Below, in pieces: positions 11,172 through 22,404 of a stretch of 64,000 nt of DNA (its first letter is position 1; the number at the start of each line of letters is the position of its first letter). Under the pieces are notes generated by a model. The model worked only from the letters and a program-made list of their open reading frames with translations, had not been told where the DNA came from and did no database searches. Where the stretch lies: positions 53,878,001 through 53,942,000 of the forward strand of contig NC_043013.1 of assembly GCF_006345805.1 (NCBI RefSeq), in the 5' to 3' direction. A program made the position numbers and the translations under genes. This stretch comes from Octopus sinensis. Its lineage: Eukaryota.

Positions 11172-11215
<44 letters not shown>

Positions 11216-11530
11216 GTCGTCATCGTCGTCGTCGTCGTCGTCATCGTCATCTTCCCCTTAACGACCACCATCACTAGCACCATGACCACGATGACCACCA
11301 CTACCTTCATCATCATTATCCTTATCATCTTTATCATCATCATCTTTATCATCATCGTTGTTGTCATCGTCGTCGTCGTCATCATCATCATCATCATCGT
11401 TTCAACTTCCACACTTCCATGCTTGCGTAAATCAGATGGGATTTGCAGAGGCAGATTTTCTCTGGCCTAATGCCCTTTCTGTTGTCAACCCTCATCTATT
11501 TCTAAGCAAGGCAATATTTCCAATAGCCAG
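11158..11530 (-). repeat. Expanded (CAT/CGT)n tail plus degenerate RTE-type 3' end
   Basis: A ~240-bp trinucleotide array followed by ttccatgcttgc...tgccctttctgttgtcaacc. Confidence 0.75.
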
Positions 11531-11564
11531 ATATGTTTTTTATGGAAGGCATTCCTTCCTAGGC

Positions 11565-11765
11565 TCAAGGCCTGAAATTTTGGGGGAAGGGGGCCAGTCG
11601 ATTAGATTGATCCCAGTACACAACTGGTACTTAATTTATCAACCCCGAAAAGATGAAAGGCAAAGTTGACCTCGGTGGATTTTGAACTCAGAACGTAAAG
11701 ACAGACAAAATACCACTAAGCATTTTGCCTGGCATGCTAACGATTCTGTCAGCTCGTCACCTTAT
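11565..11765 (-). mobile_element. tRNA-derived SINE family B
   Basis: Reverse complement of the element at 13532-13917 (gatgaaaggcaaagttgacctcgg...tttgaactcagaacg). Further degenerate plus-strand copies lie at ~12145-12530. Confidence 0.75.
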
Positions 11766-12865
11766 TAAAATTTTTAACTATACCCCTTGTAATTTCTGGA
11801 AGAGATTTGGAACCACCACCTATATATTGTATTGCTACTTCTCAACACCCATAGCTACTGGGCCGTTATAATATTGTTTTAGCAACAACATTGTGCTGCA
11901 ACGGGAACTACATCTTGGTGCTATTTTAAGGCAACTGCTGATCATGTGTGAAAAATCTTCCACAGAAAAGTGACATAATTGACATTTTCAGATGCATCTC
12001 GAAGTTTAAGAACTTCATGGAAATTCAGTTTATTCCGTATTTCACTGCTATCTTTTGCTTTTGAAGTGCAAAGGCATGCTACTCAAAATGTGACAAATCC
12101 AAAGAAAGCTACACCTCATGTTAATATTACTTTCAATTTTGAAGGCTGTGAGCTGATAGAATTGCTAGCTTACTGGGTAGAATGGTTAGCGCCATTCATT
12201 TGTCCTCACATTCTGAGTTCAATTCAGAGTCAAATTCTGCTGAGGTCAACTTTGCCTTTCATCCTTTCTAGGTCAAAAAGTACCAGATGACACCGGGGAT
12301 GATGTCATTGATTTTTTTAACCCATCCCACAAAATTGCTGGTTTTGTGCCTAAATTTGAAATGAAAATTACTTCCGAATTTTGGCACAAGGTCTACAAGT
12401 GGCATTTTGCCTGTTTTTATGCTCTAAATTCAAATTCCACTGATGTCAACTTTGTCTTTCATCCTTTCGGGGTTGATAAAAAAAAAACCAGTTGATTACT
12501 GGGGGGGCGATGTAATCAACTTACCCCCCCCCCCCCCGCATACATATGTGTGTGTATAAATGTATGTATATCTTGTGTCTTTTACTAGTTACATTCATTA
12601 GACTGCAGCCATGCTGGGGCAACATCTTCAAGTATTTTAGTCAAGCAAATTGACCCTAGAACCTATTTTCCTTTTTTTTAAGTCTGGAACTTATTCTATC
12701 AGTCTTTTTTACCAAACTGCTAAGTTACAGGGATATAAACACACCAACAACAGTTGTCAAGCACTGGTTGGGATAAACAATAACACAAAGACACATACAC
12801 ATATACACACACATGCACACTTATATATGTGTGTGAGTGTATATGTATATATATATATATATAAT

Positions 12866-13330
12866 AGACCTTTATATAAATAAATAACGTGAAATACACG
12901 AAGGGACGAACAAAAAAACAAACGGGTCATTCAAAGCCTTCATTCTTCAGTCAGAAACTGATCCCTGATCGCAGATTTCGGCTGTTTAATTCTGAGATCC
13001 GCTCTGAATCAGCCAGCCACAGAAGGAAAGAATGAAACGCAACAGAGACGAACATGAAACGAAAAATCTTTTTTTGGGGACAGTAACAGTTAAAAACATG
13101 GATGACATAGGCGCCCTACGGCTTTGAGACAAACAGAGAGACACAAAAACAATATCAACAGCGTGGAAAAATAAGTACCTTTTCGGTGATGAGACACATG
13201 TAGTTGAACAAGCGGCCGATGGAAACGAGGCAGCAAGTTGCAAGAGGATAAGAGAGAGAAAAGGGGGTAAGAGAGAGAGGGGACAGTGACCGAGAGAGAG
13301 AGGGGGGGAGAAGGAATCGAAGGAAAGAAA
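12866..13330 (-). mobile_element. Diverged relative of the 777-bp hammerhead element, single truncated copy in (TA)n
   Basis: It shares acggg.cattc.aagcc, tttcggctg.ttaat and gccagcc, plus the same order of A-rich segment, ribozyme motif and GA-rich tract. TA runs flank it. Confidence 0.75.
12935..13014 (-). ncRNA. Candidate non-circularly permuted hammerhead ribozyme (second family member)
   Basis: Minus strand GCGGA-UC-UCAGAA-uuaaac-AGCC-GAAA-UCUGC...UUCUGA-CUGAAGA-augaa-GGCU. Stems I and III differ in sequence from 3584-3661 but still pair. Predicted cleavage is between 12996 and 12995. Confidence 0.7.
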
Positions 13331-13531
13331 ATATTTATATATATATTTATATATGGTGGGCTTCTTTCAGTTTCTGTCTGCCAAATCCACTTACAAGGCT
13401 TTGGTTAGCCTGAGACTATAGTAAAAGATACTTGCCCCATGTACCATACAGTGGAACTGAACCTGGAACAATGTGGTTTGGAAGCAAGCTTCTTAAAACA
13501 CAGCCATTCCTGCACCAATATGAATACTATT

Positions 13532-13917
13532 AAAGGCGGTGAGCTGGCAGAAACGTTAGCACGCCGGGCGAAATGTTTAGCGGTATTTCATCTGCCGCTA
13601 CATTCTGAGTTCAAATTCCACCGAGGTCGACTTTGACTTTCATCCTTTCGGGGTCGATTAAATAATTAACAGTTACGCACTAGGGTCGATATAATCGACT
13701 TAATCCATTTGTCTGTCCTCTCTGTGTTTAGCCCCTTGTGGGTAGTAAAGAAATAGCTATTTCATCTGTCTTTACGTTCTGAGTTCAAATTCTGCCGAGG
13801 TTGACTTTGCCTTTCATCCTTTTGAGGTCAAATAATTGAGTACCAGTTACGTACTGGGGTCGATCTAATCAACTGGTCCCATCGCCTCAAATTTCGGGCC
13901 TTGTGCCAAGAGTAGAG
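13532..13917 (+). mobile_element. tRNA-derived SINE family B, dimeric, with 15-bp TSD
   Basis: Head ggcggtgagctggcagaa...gagttcaaattcc (A/B-box-like). The ttctgagttcaaatt...ctttcatcctt block occurs twice. TSD aatatgaatactatt at 13517-13531 and 13918-13932. Confidence 0.85.
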
Positions 13918-14369
13918 AATATGAATACTATTTTTTAGAATCCCTAGCTTAGTGGGACGGACAGCTACTTTATTTTGCTTACTGAGACAGTGGGTTCAAA
14001 TCCTATATACACTTGACTGCAACATTAAAATATAGATGAATTACAGTGTATAAAAGTTTTTGAAGTGATGTTCTCATAATTATAACAGATACTATTGTAG
14101 ATAAACTATATCTTAGATTTCATTCCATAGCTAAGATTGTTTAAAACATTTCTTATAAGCCTAAGTCTTTTAATGCATTTTCAATAATTTTAATAACATA
14201 GTCACAATGGAAAGGTAAACTGCAGCAGCAAGAGAATGAATTAGAAGATAGAAAGAAAGATTAGGAGATGGCAAAATTTTGCAAATTCAACATTGATTCA
14301 GTGTCTGAATACAAGAAAGGCGTTCTAGCATGAATGAAGAAGACAGTGTTATCAGAAGCAAATGTTACC

Positions 14370-14720
14370 CCCATCAATTAAATTTAAAGCACGCAGCAAT
14401 GGTTGTGCTCTTAAGGATTATACAGCAGTACAAGAATGGAGATTATTAAGCCAAACGATAGCTGCATTGAAGGAGAGCTGATTAATAATGTGAAATCAGG
14501 GCCAAAGGTTTTAATTCCACAGATCAAACTCTGCCCAAGCGATGCCAATTTATCTTTCATTTTAGAGAGTTATCAGTTCACAATAAGTTTAGCATTTCCA
14601 ATAACAATAAATGAACCTTAAGGACAAACACTCAAGAGAGTTGCATTATTTCTTTATGAAGCAATATTTTCTAATGAACAGCTGCATGTACATTTACCTA
14701 GAATATGTTCCTTTCATAAT
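14370..14720 (+). pseudogene. Helitron RepHel PIF1-family helicase C-terminal fragment
   Basis: KVLIPQIKLCPSDANLSFILESYQFTISLAFPITINEP*GQTLKRVALFL...FSNEQLHV matches the PIF1 motifs VLIPRI...RRQFP..LAFAMTINKSQGQTL...FSHGQLYV. Confidence 0.8.
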
Positions 14721-15195
14721 CATCATCATCATTGTTTAAGGACCATTTTCCATGCTGGCATGTGTTGGATGGTTTGACTGGGGACTGACAAGCCAGGAAG
14801 CTGCACCAGGCTCCAATCTGATCTGGCAAGATTTCTACAGCTGGATGCTCTTCCTAGCGTCAACCATTCAGAGAGTGTAGTGGGTGTTTTTTACGTGCAA
14901 CCAGCATGGGAGCCAGTCAGGCGACACTGGAATCGACCACGTTCGGAACTTGAGCTCAAAATGGGAAGACAGACGAAATACTAAGCATTTCACCTGGTAT
15001 GCTAACGTTTCTGCCAGCTCGCCGCCTTAAGAGGGAAGAAATATTTATCTCTTTATTGCCCACAGGGAGCTAAATATAGAGGGGACAAACAAGGACAGAC
15101 AAAGGGATTAAATCGATTACATCGACCCCAGTGTGTAACTGGTACTTATTTAATCAACCTCGAAAGGATGAAAGGCAAAGTCAACCTGGGCGGAA
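14720..15195 (-). mobile_element. RTE-type 3' end (14720-14945) followed by SINE B pieces (14948-15195)
   Basis: catcatcatt...ccatgctggcatg...ctacagctggatgc, then ctgccagctcgccgcc and gaaaggatgaaaggcaaagtcaacc. Confidence 0.75.
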
Positions 15196-16206
15196 AGAAG
15201 GAAGAAATACTATTTACATATATCTATTCGTTTGCCCGACAGGTAGTTAGAGACAGTAGCACTTATAGTGATAGCGAAGTTTCTTTTCAATAGTGACAAA
15301 AAGGTTTCTGTCTGCCAGTAGAGAGGAAAAGAGTAAGGGGTCCGGAATTCTCTTGAGGGAAGAATTTCGCGACCAGATAGGGGCTCATCCAGAAACTTCC
15401 AAGCCACGAGGGTCTCAGTCGCAGCATTTCTTTGACATTCTTCGACTTTACGAAATGTCCTCGAATATTTGTCATCAATAGAACGGTGAGCTGTTGTATT
15501 AGACTCACTATAATTATTTATTTGGACAATATAATGGACATTATGATACAACTAGAAGATATTAAACATCTTTCATGCAAAAAAGCTGCAATAATTCCCC
15601 TGAAATTATTTCAATTGGATTTACAGTCAAGATAGTTGGGGATATATTAATGGCGTCACGAAGGTAGGTGTACTATCTGCTTTCTTTGTGTGTCTTCTTC
15701 AGCGATTTTCTGCCTTGCTAATTCGTCAATACAAGTAATTTTTCACTGAGAATTGTATATATTGGATAGGAAAACCAAGTAATTTATTTCTATTAACAGC
15801 AATTTGATTCAATACAACAGAAATTCTTTGTGAAACAGATAGAAAATGTAATGGTTGTTCTTGTAATATCACAAATGTTTTTCTCTTTCCGTGATGTAGA
15901 AACAAAAAATTAAAAAACAAAATTGAATGAAATATTTTATTGTACATAGAACTTTAACAAAATGGTTTTGTTATTATAAATGTCTTATATATTATAAATT
16001 CGTACTAAAATATAAAGTATTTTTCCCAGTTTTCCTCTCTTTTCCCCTCTTTTTTGAGAAGTATAATATACGTAAACTTAGAAAACAGACTTTCAGAAAA
16101 TAGAATTTATGGATTTGTTTCGATATAGGCACGTAGAATGTAAATACCCGTACATTTAGTAGAAAATGCATTATATCGAATCCAGTGAATATAAGCCATA
16201 AAAATA

Positions 16207-16560
16207 TTGTGTCTGTCTACACGACACTATAATGTGGTTGAGAGGATTTTACGAATGGCCCTAAATGTGAAATTGCAGCAACATGTGGCAGATGAATGCC
16301 TTAATGGAGATCTGCCAAATGTTAGCGAGAAGACCAAGCAAATACGGCTTCGACTATCTGGCCACTGCGTGCGCCACTCGGAACTGGAAGCATCCAAGTT
16401 AGTCTTGAGGTAACCACTTTATCGGTGATATAAGAAGACGGAAACGTCGTTACCTTTACATAGACATCTTGGTTGCAGATGCTGGCCTGGAATGTATTCA
16501 GGACTTGGAGGCAGTGAGGATGGACCGGGAAGTGTGGTGGATGGACTTTGTTGCTGCAGT
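16207..16560 (+). pseudogene. RTE-clade LINE C-terminal fragment
   Basis: RILRMALNVKLQQHV..ECLNGDLPNVSEKTKQIRLRLSGHCVRH.ELEASKLVL is typical of the RTE region after the RT domain (RLRLAGHCxRH). Confidence 0.65.
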
Positions 16561-16604
16561 GCCAGGTACTCGGCCATAATAATATGACAAACGTTCTAGT
16601 GATT

Positions 16605-16796
16605 ACGGAGATGTACTTGCATAGCAAGTGACCTGATCTGAAAACGAAAACAATTGCAGCGTGGAAGGTGTTTGTAAGCCATTTAAGAAACACACAAAAT
16701 CCGTTCGATTCACTTCAACATTTAAATTTAATTTGTCAAAATATGTTCGTCGCTTTGAGACCACGACCTGTTCACCGACAAAATTCCGTGTTTGTA
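16605..16796 (-). mobile_element. ~190-bp insertion with 11-bp TSD carrying a variant minimal hammerhead-like motif
   Basis: Direct repeat ttctagtgatt at 16594-16604 and 16797-16807. Minus-strand motif at 16732-16782. Confidence 0.6.
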
Positions 16797-16947
16797 TTCT
16801 AGTGATTGTGGCCAGACTATCACGCGAACAAAGAGCTCTGATTGCATGAAATGGGGTTTCTATACATAATAAACTGGTGATTTACAGGTAGTCAAAATCA
16901 ACTGTTGTAACATTTTAATTCTTGTAAGGCACGTCGAGAAAAAATTA

Positions 16948-17040
16948 TGGCAGAGGTAAAGGATATGCACACCACAGGCTTTCGGTGTAACCCTAACCCT
17001 AAACCCAAACCACGGGGTGTGCGTATTCTTTACCTTCGCC
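16948..17040. repeat. Hairpin/MITE with (CCCTAA)-like spacer
   Basis: ggcagaggtaaaggatatgcacacc / ggtgtgcgtattctttaccttcgcc flank taaccctaaccctaaaccc. Confidence 0.6.
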
Positions 17041-17379
17041 CAAGTTATCTGTAAATTCCAAATGTTGTTCAATATTTATTTTCCATTTCACCTCAACTAT
17101 TTATGGTGTTTCTGTAAAAATATTTCAGTATGACCTTCACAGAAGGGAGACTGTTTATCAGAAACATTCGGAAGTTACTGATATTCACGTCAATTCAAGG
17201 CCGTCTTATAAGTATTGTGGGACCATCCAGGCTCAAGTAGTTCTCTAAATGCTATAATATATATTTTTCAAAGCATTTATCGAGCAGCACTAGGCCCTTA
17301 GCACATTGGTGTGCCAAGTGTGTCCATGGCTTAAGCTGACATTGCGCCAACAGTCTGTTAAAATTACCGTTTCTGATAA

Positions 17380-17707
17380 TCTCTATATATATAAACGGCA
17401 AAATGGCTGCGTGTGTGTCCTTTATACAAATCCACAATTTTTCAGTTAGAGGGCTCACACTTTCTATGATCATTCAAAACCATCCAAAAGTGGCCGTGCA
17501 CATCTTTACATTTCCCCAGTCACCCTGCAAAGCCATTAAAAAATCAATAGAAGTGACGTTTTGTGAATTTTCTATCCAAAACCCAATTAAAATGCCCGAA
17601 ACTTGATACGGCAATTGAATGCCAGTTAGAAGTATGTGATTGGTCGGAGATTTGGACAGTACTCGCGTATATGTGCACACGCATGCAGCTGTATATGCAT
17701 ACACTAG
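17380..17707 (+). mobile_element. Non-autonomous Helitron
   Basis: Inserted between A and T, starts TC(tctatatatataaa), ends CTAG, with a subterminal palindrome before the end. Confidence 0.7.
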
Positions 17708-17727
17708 TATAAGATAAAAATAATAAT

Positions 17728-17992
17728 AGTACTTGTATCGCAGAGTGGTCCAGGTTTGCGCACGCGCGCAGACGCGCGTCCGTGCTAGCCAGACGTAGAC
17801 AGTCGATCCTACAAGCTGACTGGCGCATGCACGATATATACTTGTATCGATATATACGTGTATACGATATATACAAGGATATATCGTATACACGTATATA
17901 TCGATACAAGTATATATCGTATATATCGTGCATGCGCCAGTCAGCTTGTAGGATCGACTGCCTACGTCTGGCTACTCTGCGATACAAGTACC
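17728..17992. mobile_element. CpG-rich foldback MITE with 9-bp flanking duplication (Mutator-like)
   Basis: Termini gtacttgtatcgcagagt / actctgcgatacaagtac, and ~85-bp inner arms around the loop acaagg. aataataat occurs at 17719-17727 and 17993-18001. Confidence 0.75.
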
Positions 17993-18111
17993 AATAATAA
18001 TAATAATAATAATCGGTAAATACGTTGAAGCACTTCGACTTGGGACGGCCAGAAAGTTACATTTAACGACCTGGTCCCCAGTGTCCGCTGGTCTTCTTAG
18101 AGACCCTAATT

Positions 18112-18229
18112 GGGTACCTCTTCAATACAGAGGTCCCGACGCATTTCTCTAACCCTAACGAATGTGCGCTGTAAAAACATATCGCTGTAAAAACATATGC
18201 ATCGGGACCTCTGTATTTAAGTAGTGCCC
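18112..18229. repeat. Small hairpin/MITE
   Basis: aatacagaggtcccga / tcgggacctctgtatt arms; the spacer contains taaccctaac. Confidence 0.65.
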
Positions 18230-19734
18230 CTAATTGTATTTTATAATTTTATATATTACTTTCGAATATATATATGTCACCAAGTAAAAGATAGAGAGTG
18301 GGAGAGCGACATGTATGTTGCTGTAGAGGAGGTACGTGGTTACCTGGCCAGTGAGAGAGAAAGAGTGATTGAAAATGAGGACAGAAACAGGTGTGTTACT
18401 GTAAAGGAGTTACATGGTTACCCAGGCAGAGGGAAAAGAAAGAGAGAGAGATGGTGGCGAAGTGGCAGGGCAAACTCCCAAGGAACAGGAATCAGAACAT
18501 AGATGGAATGGTAAAGGAAGAGAGAGAGAGTGGTAAGTGCGAGCGTACACCCTGAATGGCCGTAATGTAATCTCCGACATCTAAAACCTAGGAATCCGAA
18601 AAAATAGTTTTTTAAAATGCATTTTTCAAAGGAGGGTGCGAAACTGTATTAGCTCTTGCGTGGTTGTATATAACTGTGTGCCTCTGTGTGCGTCTTTCTG
18701 TATGTGTCTTTAATCGTGCGTGCATATGTGTGTGTGTGGTCATGATTTGTCGTCTGTTCGCAGATGCAGACGACAGTAATGCTGTCACGTGGGCGCGTGT
18801 CGTCTGGTTTTTGATTGTAACTTCTGCCATGACAGAAGGAAAAAAAAAGCTGAAAGTAGTTGAAATAATAATTTCTTGATAGACAATTTATAACAGAAGG
18901 TTTCGAATGTATAAAGAAATTATGAGAATGTGATACTTTTCTGCATGTTTTTCTTAGAAATGCCTGCAAGATGATATTGCAATTAAGTTATTTGTATTAA
19001 CGTAAAAAGCCTACTTCTATTTTATTAACGAGAAAAGTTTCCCAGTCTGAACTTAAGCAACGTCTTCCGATAGAAAATAGAAGTTATATAGAAACATCAT
19101 ACTGGACTTCACAAATGCTCGCAAGAATTCTAAAATATGGTGTTTTATTATTTATAGAATATGCTGTACGAGTGTCATTGTGTGAATTTGATTAATCTTA
19201 GTAATTACGGTTTCGCTCATTGGTTCGTAAGGTAGTATTAATTTACTCATGTGGAATCCCTGAATGACAGAAGGAGATTAAAACAGGTTCACGTTTAAAT
19301 GCATAATTGCCTTGGATCTGTCACTGATTCGGTTTTCATAGAAACTTCACTGTTGTTGAGAAGGAGAGAGAGAGACGGGGAAATAGTAAGAGGAGAGACG
19401 AGAAGACAGGAAGAGAAAGACAAGGAAGGGGGCAGAGAGACAGACATCCAACGAAAGAGAGAAATTGAAAGAAACAGAGAGGGAGAGAGGCAGATCGAGA
19501 GAGAGAGGGAGGGGGAAGAGAAAGGCTCTCCAAAGAAAAAAAAACATGTACTATTGAACATGTTACGTACTTTAAGCCTCGAAAAGATCAGGAACCAGAT
19601 GAAGACTTTCCACTCATGACATTCCATATACTTCCAACAGACTGTCATCTTTTCGTATTATTATTTGCTACTTTTTATTCTTTCAAAGTCAGCAGGGTGG
19701 AATTTTGGGGCGGTTGGATTTTTGGTAAATTTCC

Positions 19735-19860
19735 TTCCGAGCCAAAATATGGGATTCGCAGCATATTATGAGGTCAGGGTACTTGATTCCACGCAAAAAA
19801 TCCGAGTTTTTTTTTTCTTAGTGAAAATCGTGCGAGTGTTACTCTGAAAATTTACCGGAT
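19735..19860. repeat. Fragment of the Helitron-like repeat also found at 24460-24580
   Basis: gcagcatattatgaggtcagggtacttgattcca.gcaaaaaatc.gag...gaaaatcgtg...aaaatttacc is shared between the two sites. Confidence 0.7.
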
Positions 19861-20295
19861 TTTTTACTGCTATTTCTGCACGATTAGTTGGTTTGTCGAG
19901 GTGCAGAATTTTGGAAACAATTTCCAGTAGAAACACTGAACAACATATGGACTGAACCATTGCCTGAAGCTACTGTAAATCATTATTGTAAATTTACAGT
20001 GTATGTTCTGGGGATGAAGATTTTACACCACGTCTTCCACCACAAGAAGTGGGGGTAATCATGGGCATAGACGTCCACTTTCAATTTGACAAACAAGTTG
20101 GTAATATTATTTTGCTCGGAGATTGCCTGCCATGGATTGTCTGTTTTTCTCTCTCTCTCCCTCTTTTCCTTTCCCCCTCTCTCTCTACGATTATATTGGA
20201 ATTTATTACAAAAGATAAATTGGTCTTATTTTGACACATCACATCTACAAAATGAAACTTGAAATTTTGGAAAAAATTGTGTGTCAATATGTATA

Positions 20296-20348
<53 letters not shown>

Positions 20349-21083
20349 ATACAGTATTATAGATCTTTTCTGCTGATATGGTATATTGTTACCAATATCG
20401 TAAATTCACTGCTGTGTTATTAGTTGCTGTTTAGGCTGCGTGTTATACCATCATGAACTGATGCAAACATAATAGAATATATTTATTGTAAGATTTATTT
20501 ATAAATTTCTAATGATTGTGGTGGGAGTGTAGGAGATTAGAATTGAGCTGCAGTGTAACTAATATCCATTGCAATGAGGATAGATAAGGCTCAAGGTGCT
20601 GGAAAGAGGTTGGTTTGTCATTATACAAGAAGTCCTTTATACAGGACTTCTGGCAGAAATTCAATAAATGAAGTCTTGACATCGTTTCTGCTGTATTAGA
20701 CCACGCTTGCTTGTAGCAAGAGGTGAGAATGTGTGTTCTCCAGTTGTTACCTCAGTGATTGTTCTTGGCAGGTTTTTCACCTTAATATTAAGAAAAACAT
20801 GGGAAAAGGTCATAGAACATTTGATTTAATTAATGATATGGTATGATATCACTACAAGTTGATTGGTTGAGAATCAGGACAAACTGCATGATATGAACAT
20901 GTACCACGTGTGGTATGGACCTGGTAACTGAAAAATGTAAGTTTCAATTCTGGGTCTAGTTACAGATCCATTACAGTTGATCTTACCTATTGGTTTTGTA
21001 CTAGATACTAAAACCTGATGTTACACAGTTAAGTAATACCCTATACTACTCTTCAGAGATGGCAAGTATAGACAAAAATTATG

Positions 21084-21124
<41 letters not shown>

Positions 21125-21194
21125 TCTATGCATCTCTGTATGTATTTAGTATATTATATTATATATATAGATATATATATATATATGTATGTAT

Positions 21195-21240
<46 letters not shown>

Positions 21241-21479
21241 ATATCATATTTGTAAACAAATGGCAGATGCTAGTGTGCTCCAAATACTGATTGCTGGCTG
21301 GTTTATTTTTTCTCTAATTAAAAAAGTAATAAAAAAAAGAAGTAAACTGTATTCAAAACAAATGCAAAAATGAACCACTAATCACTTTTTCTATGGCAAA
21401 AATGGAAACACAAAAAGCACAGTTCATTTTAGCTGTTGACAAATTATATTTCTTTTTTGATGTTATTATATATTTTTTG

Positions 21480-22170
21480 CTTTTGCCAATGGTTCCCAGA
21501 CTTATTTAGTTGTATAAACACATACAATTCTTCAAAAATCATAAAATTCCTCTTCTATATTCAATGAGCAACACTTGATAACCAGTTTTTTTCAATAAAA
21601 TATTAAATATAACAAAAATTGGTTTAGAGAGAATTTATTCACATGCAAAAACAATTGTATATATTAAATATTTCTGTTTGTATCACCAAACCTATATCAA
21701 CATTTTATGTAGAAAGTATTTGACCTGTAAACAGCGCAGATATTTCCGTGTGTGGTGACTCAATTACAAACACTAATGTTCTTGTGATTGTCCTTTCCTT
21801 AATTTTGGCCATCCTTTGCCCTCTCTTCCACAGACTGCCTCCCCTCCTCAATTCTTTCTATTCCTTCCTCTCTCTTCAAACCCATTACTTCTCTTCCCAT
21901 TTTCTCTATTGATCTTCCACTTACCTGCCTCCCTTTGCTGCCCCCACTCCCTTGTTCTGATACCATTACTTCAGTGTTCTGCTTTGATATAACCAGAAAG
22001 AGGACTCTGATGAAAGTGCTACTAACTTTTTAGGTTGTTCAATTTTTTTCTCAACTGATCAATGGACTGATTAAGTAAACCTATCAATAACGAACCTCTA
22101 ATGATTACTGGAAACAGCAGTTAGCCAAATTTACTGCAATAAAGAAAAATAACCATTATTTATGCCCTGC
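21480..22170 (+). mobile_element. Decayed Penelope-like 3' end: GIY-YIG-like remnant, pyrimidine tract and minimal hammerhead-like motif
   Basis: ttcacatgc...attgtatatatt...tatatc (FTC..IVY...YI) and DISVCG resemble PLE endonucleases. A CT-rich tract at 21790-21960 is followed by CTGATGA (22007) ... GAAACAGCAGTT (~22112). Confidence 0.4.
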
Positions 22171-22342
22171 ATATATATATATAATATATATATATATAGA
22201 TATATATTATATATATATATATATTATATATAATATATATATATATTATATTATATATATATTATATATTATTATATATATATTATATATATATATATTA
22301 TATAATATATATTATATAATATATATTATATTATATATATAC

Positions 22343-22404
<62 letters not shown>

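Larger units (their letters stand above)
10740..12120 (-). pseudogene. C-terminal remnant of an RLE-type non-LTR retrotransposon (R4/Dong-like), split by later insertions
   Basis: Hand translation of the minus strand with stops and frameshifts gives FALQKQKIAVKY, then a CCHC knuckle KCQLCHFSVEDFSHMISSC, then QHNVVAKTI. After the 11125-11770 insertions it gives EYWWTILIKTSAK/RSEIVVWDRK (RPD-like motif) and finally LQIQSLSSTVKVCKIFLKF*. Confidence 0.6.
12580..13515 (-). mobile_element. SINE family A split at its internal (TA)n by a ~465-bp insertion
   Basis: The 3' half at 12580-12860 and the 5' half at 13355-13515 (cttctttcagtttctgtctgccaaatccac...gtggaactgaacc...acagcca) are collinear with intact copies. 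Confidence 0.8.

Noticed and set aside
11125-11412. Poly-Met/Thr and poly-Ile/Ser ORFs
   Set aside because: These come from the (CAT/CGT)n expansion of a retroelement tail.
15210-15551. 113-aa minus-strand ORF ending near a possible splice donor
   Set aside because: Non-ATG start and no recognisable domain. Another frame has a YHYKCY motif more like a transposon remnant. No partner exons were found.
19999-20100. Possible exon (ttacag...ggtaat) reading VCSGDEDFTPRLPPQEVG
   Set aside because: It lies in or next to a Helitron-like repeat shared with 24460, has no recognisable homology, and has no supporting exons.
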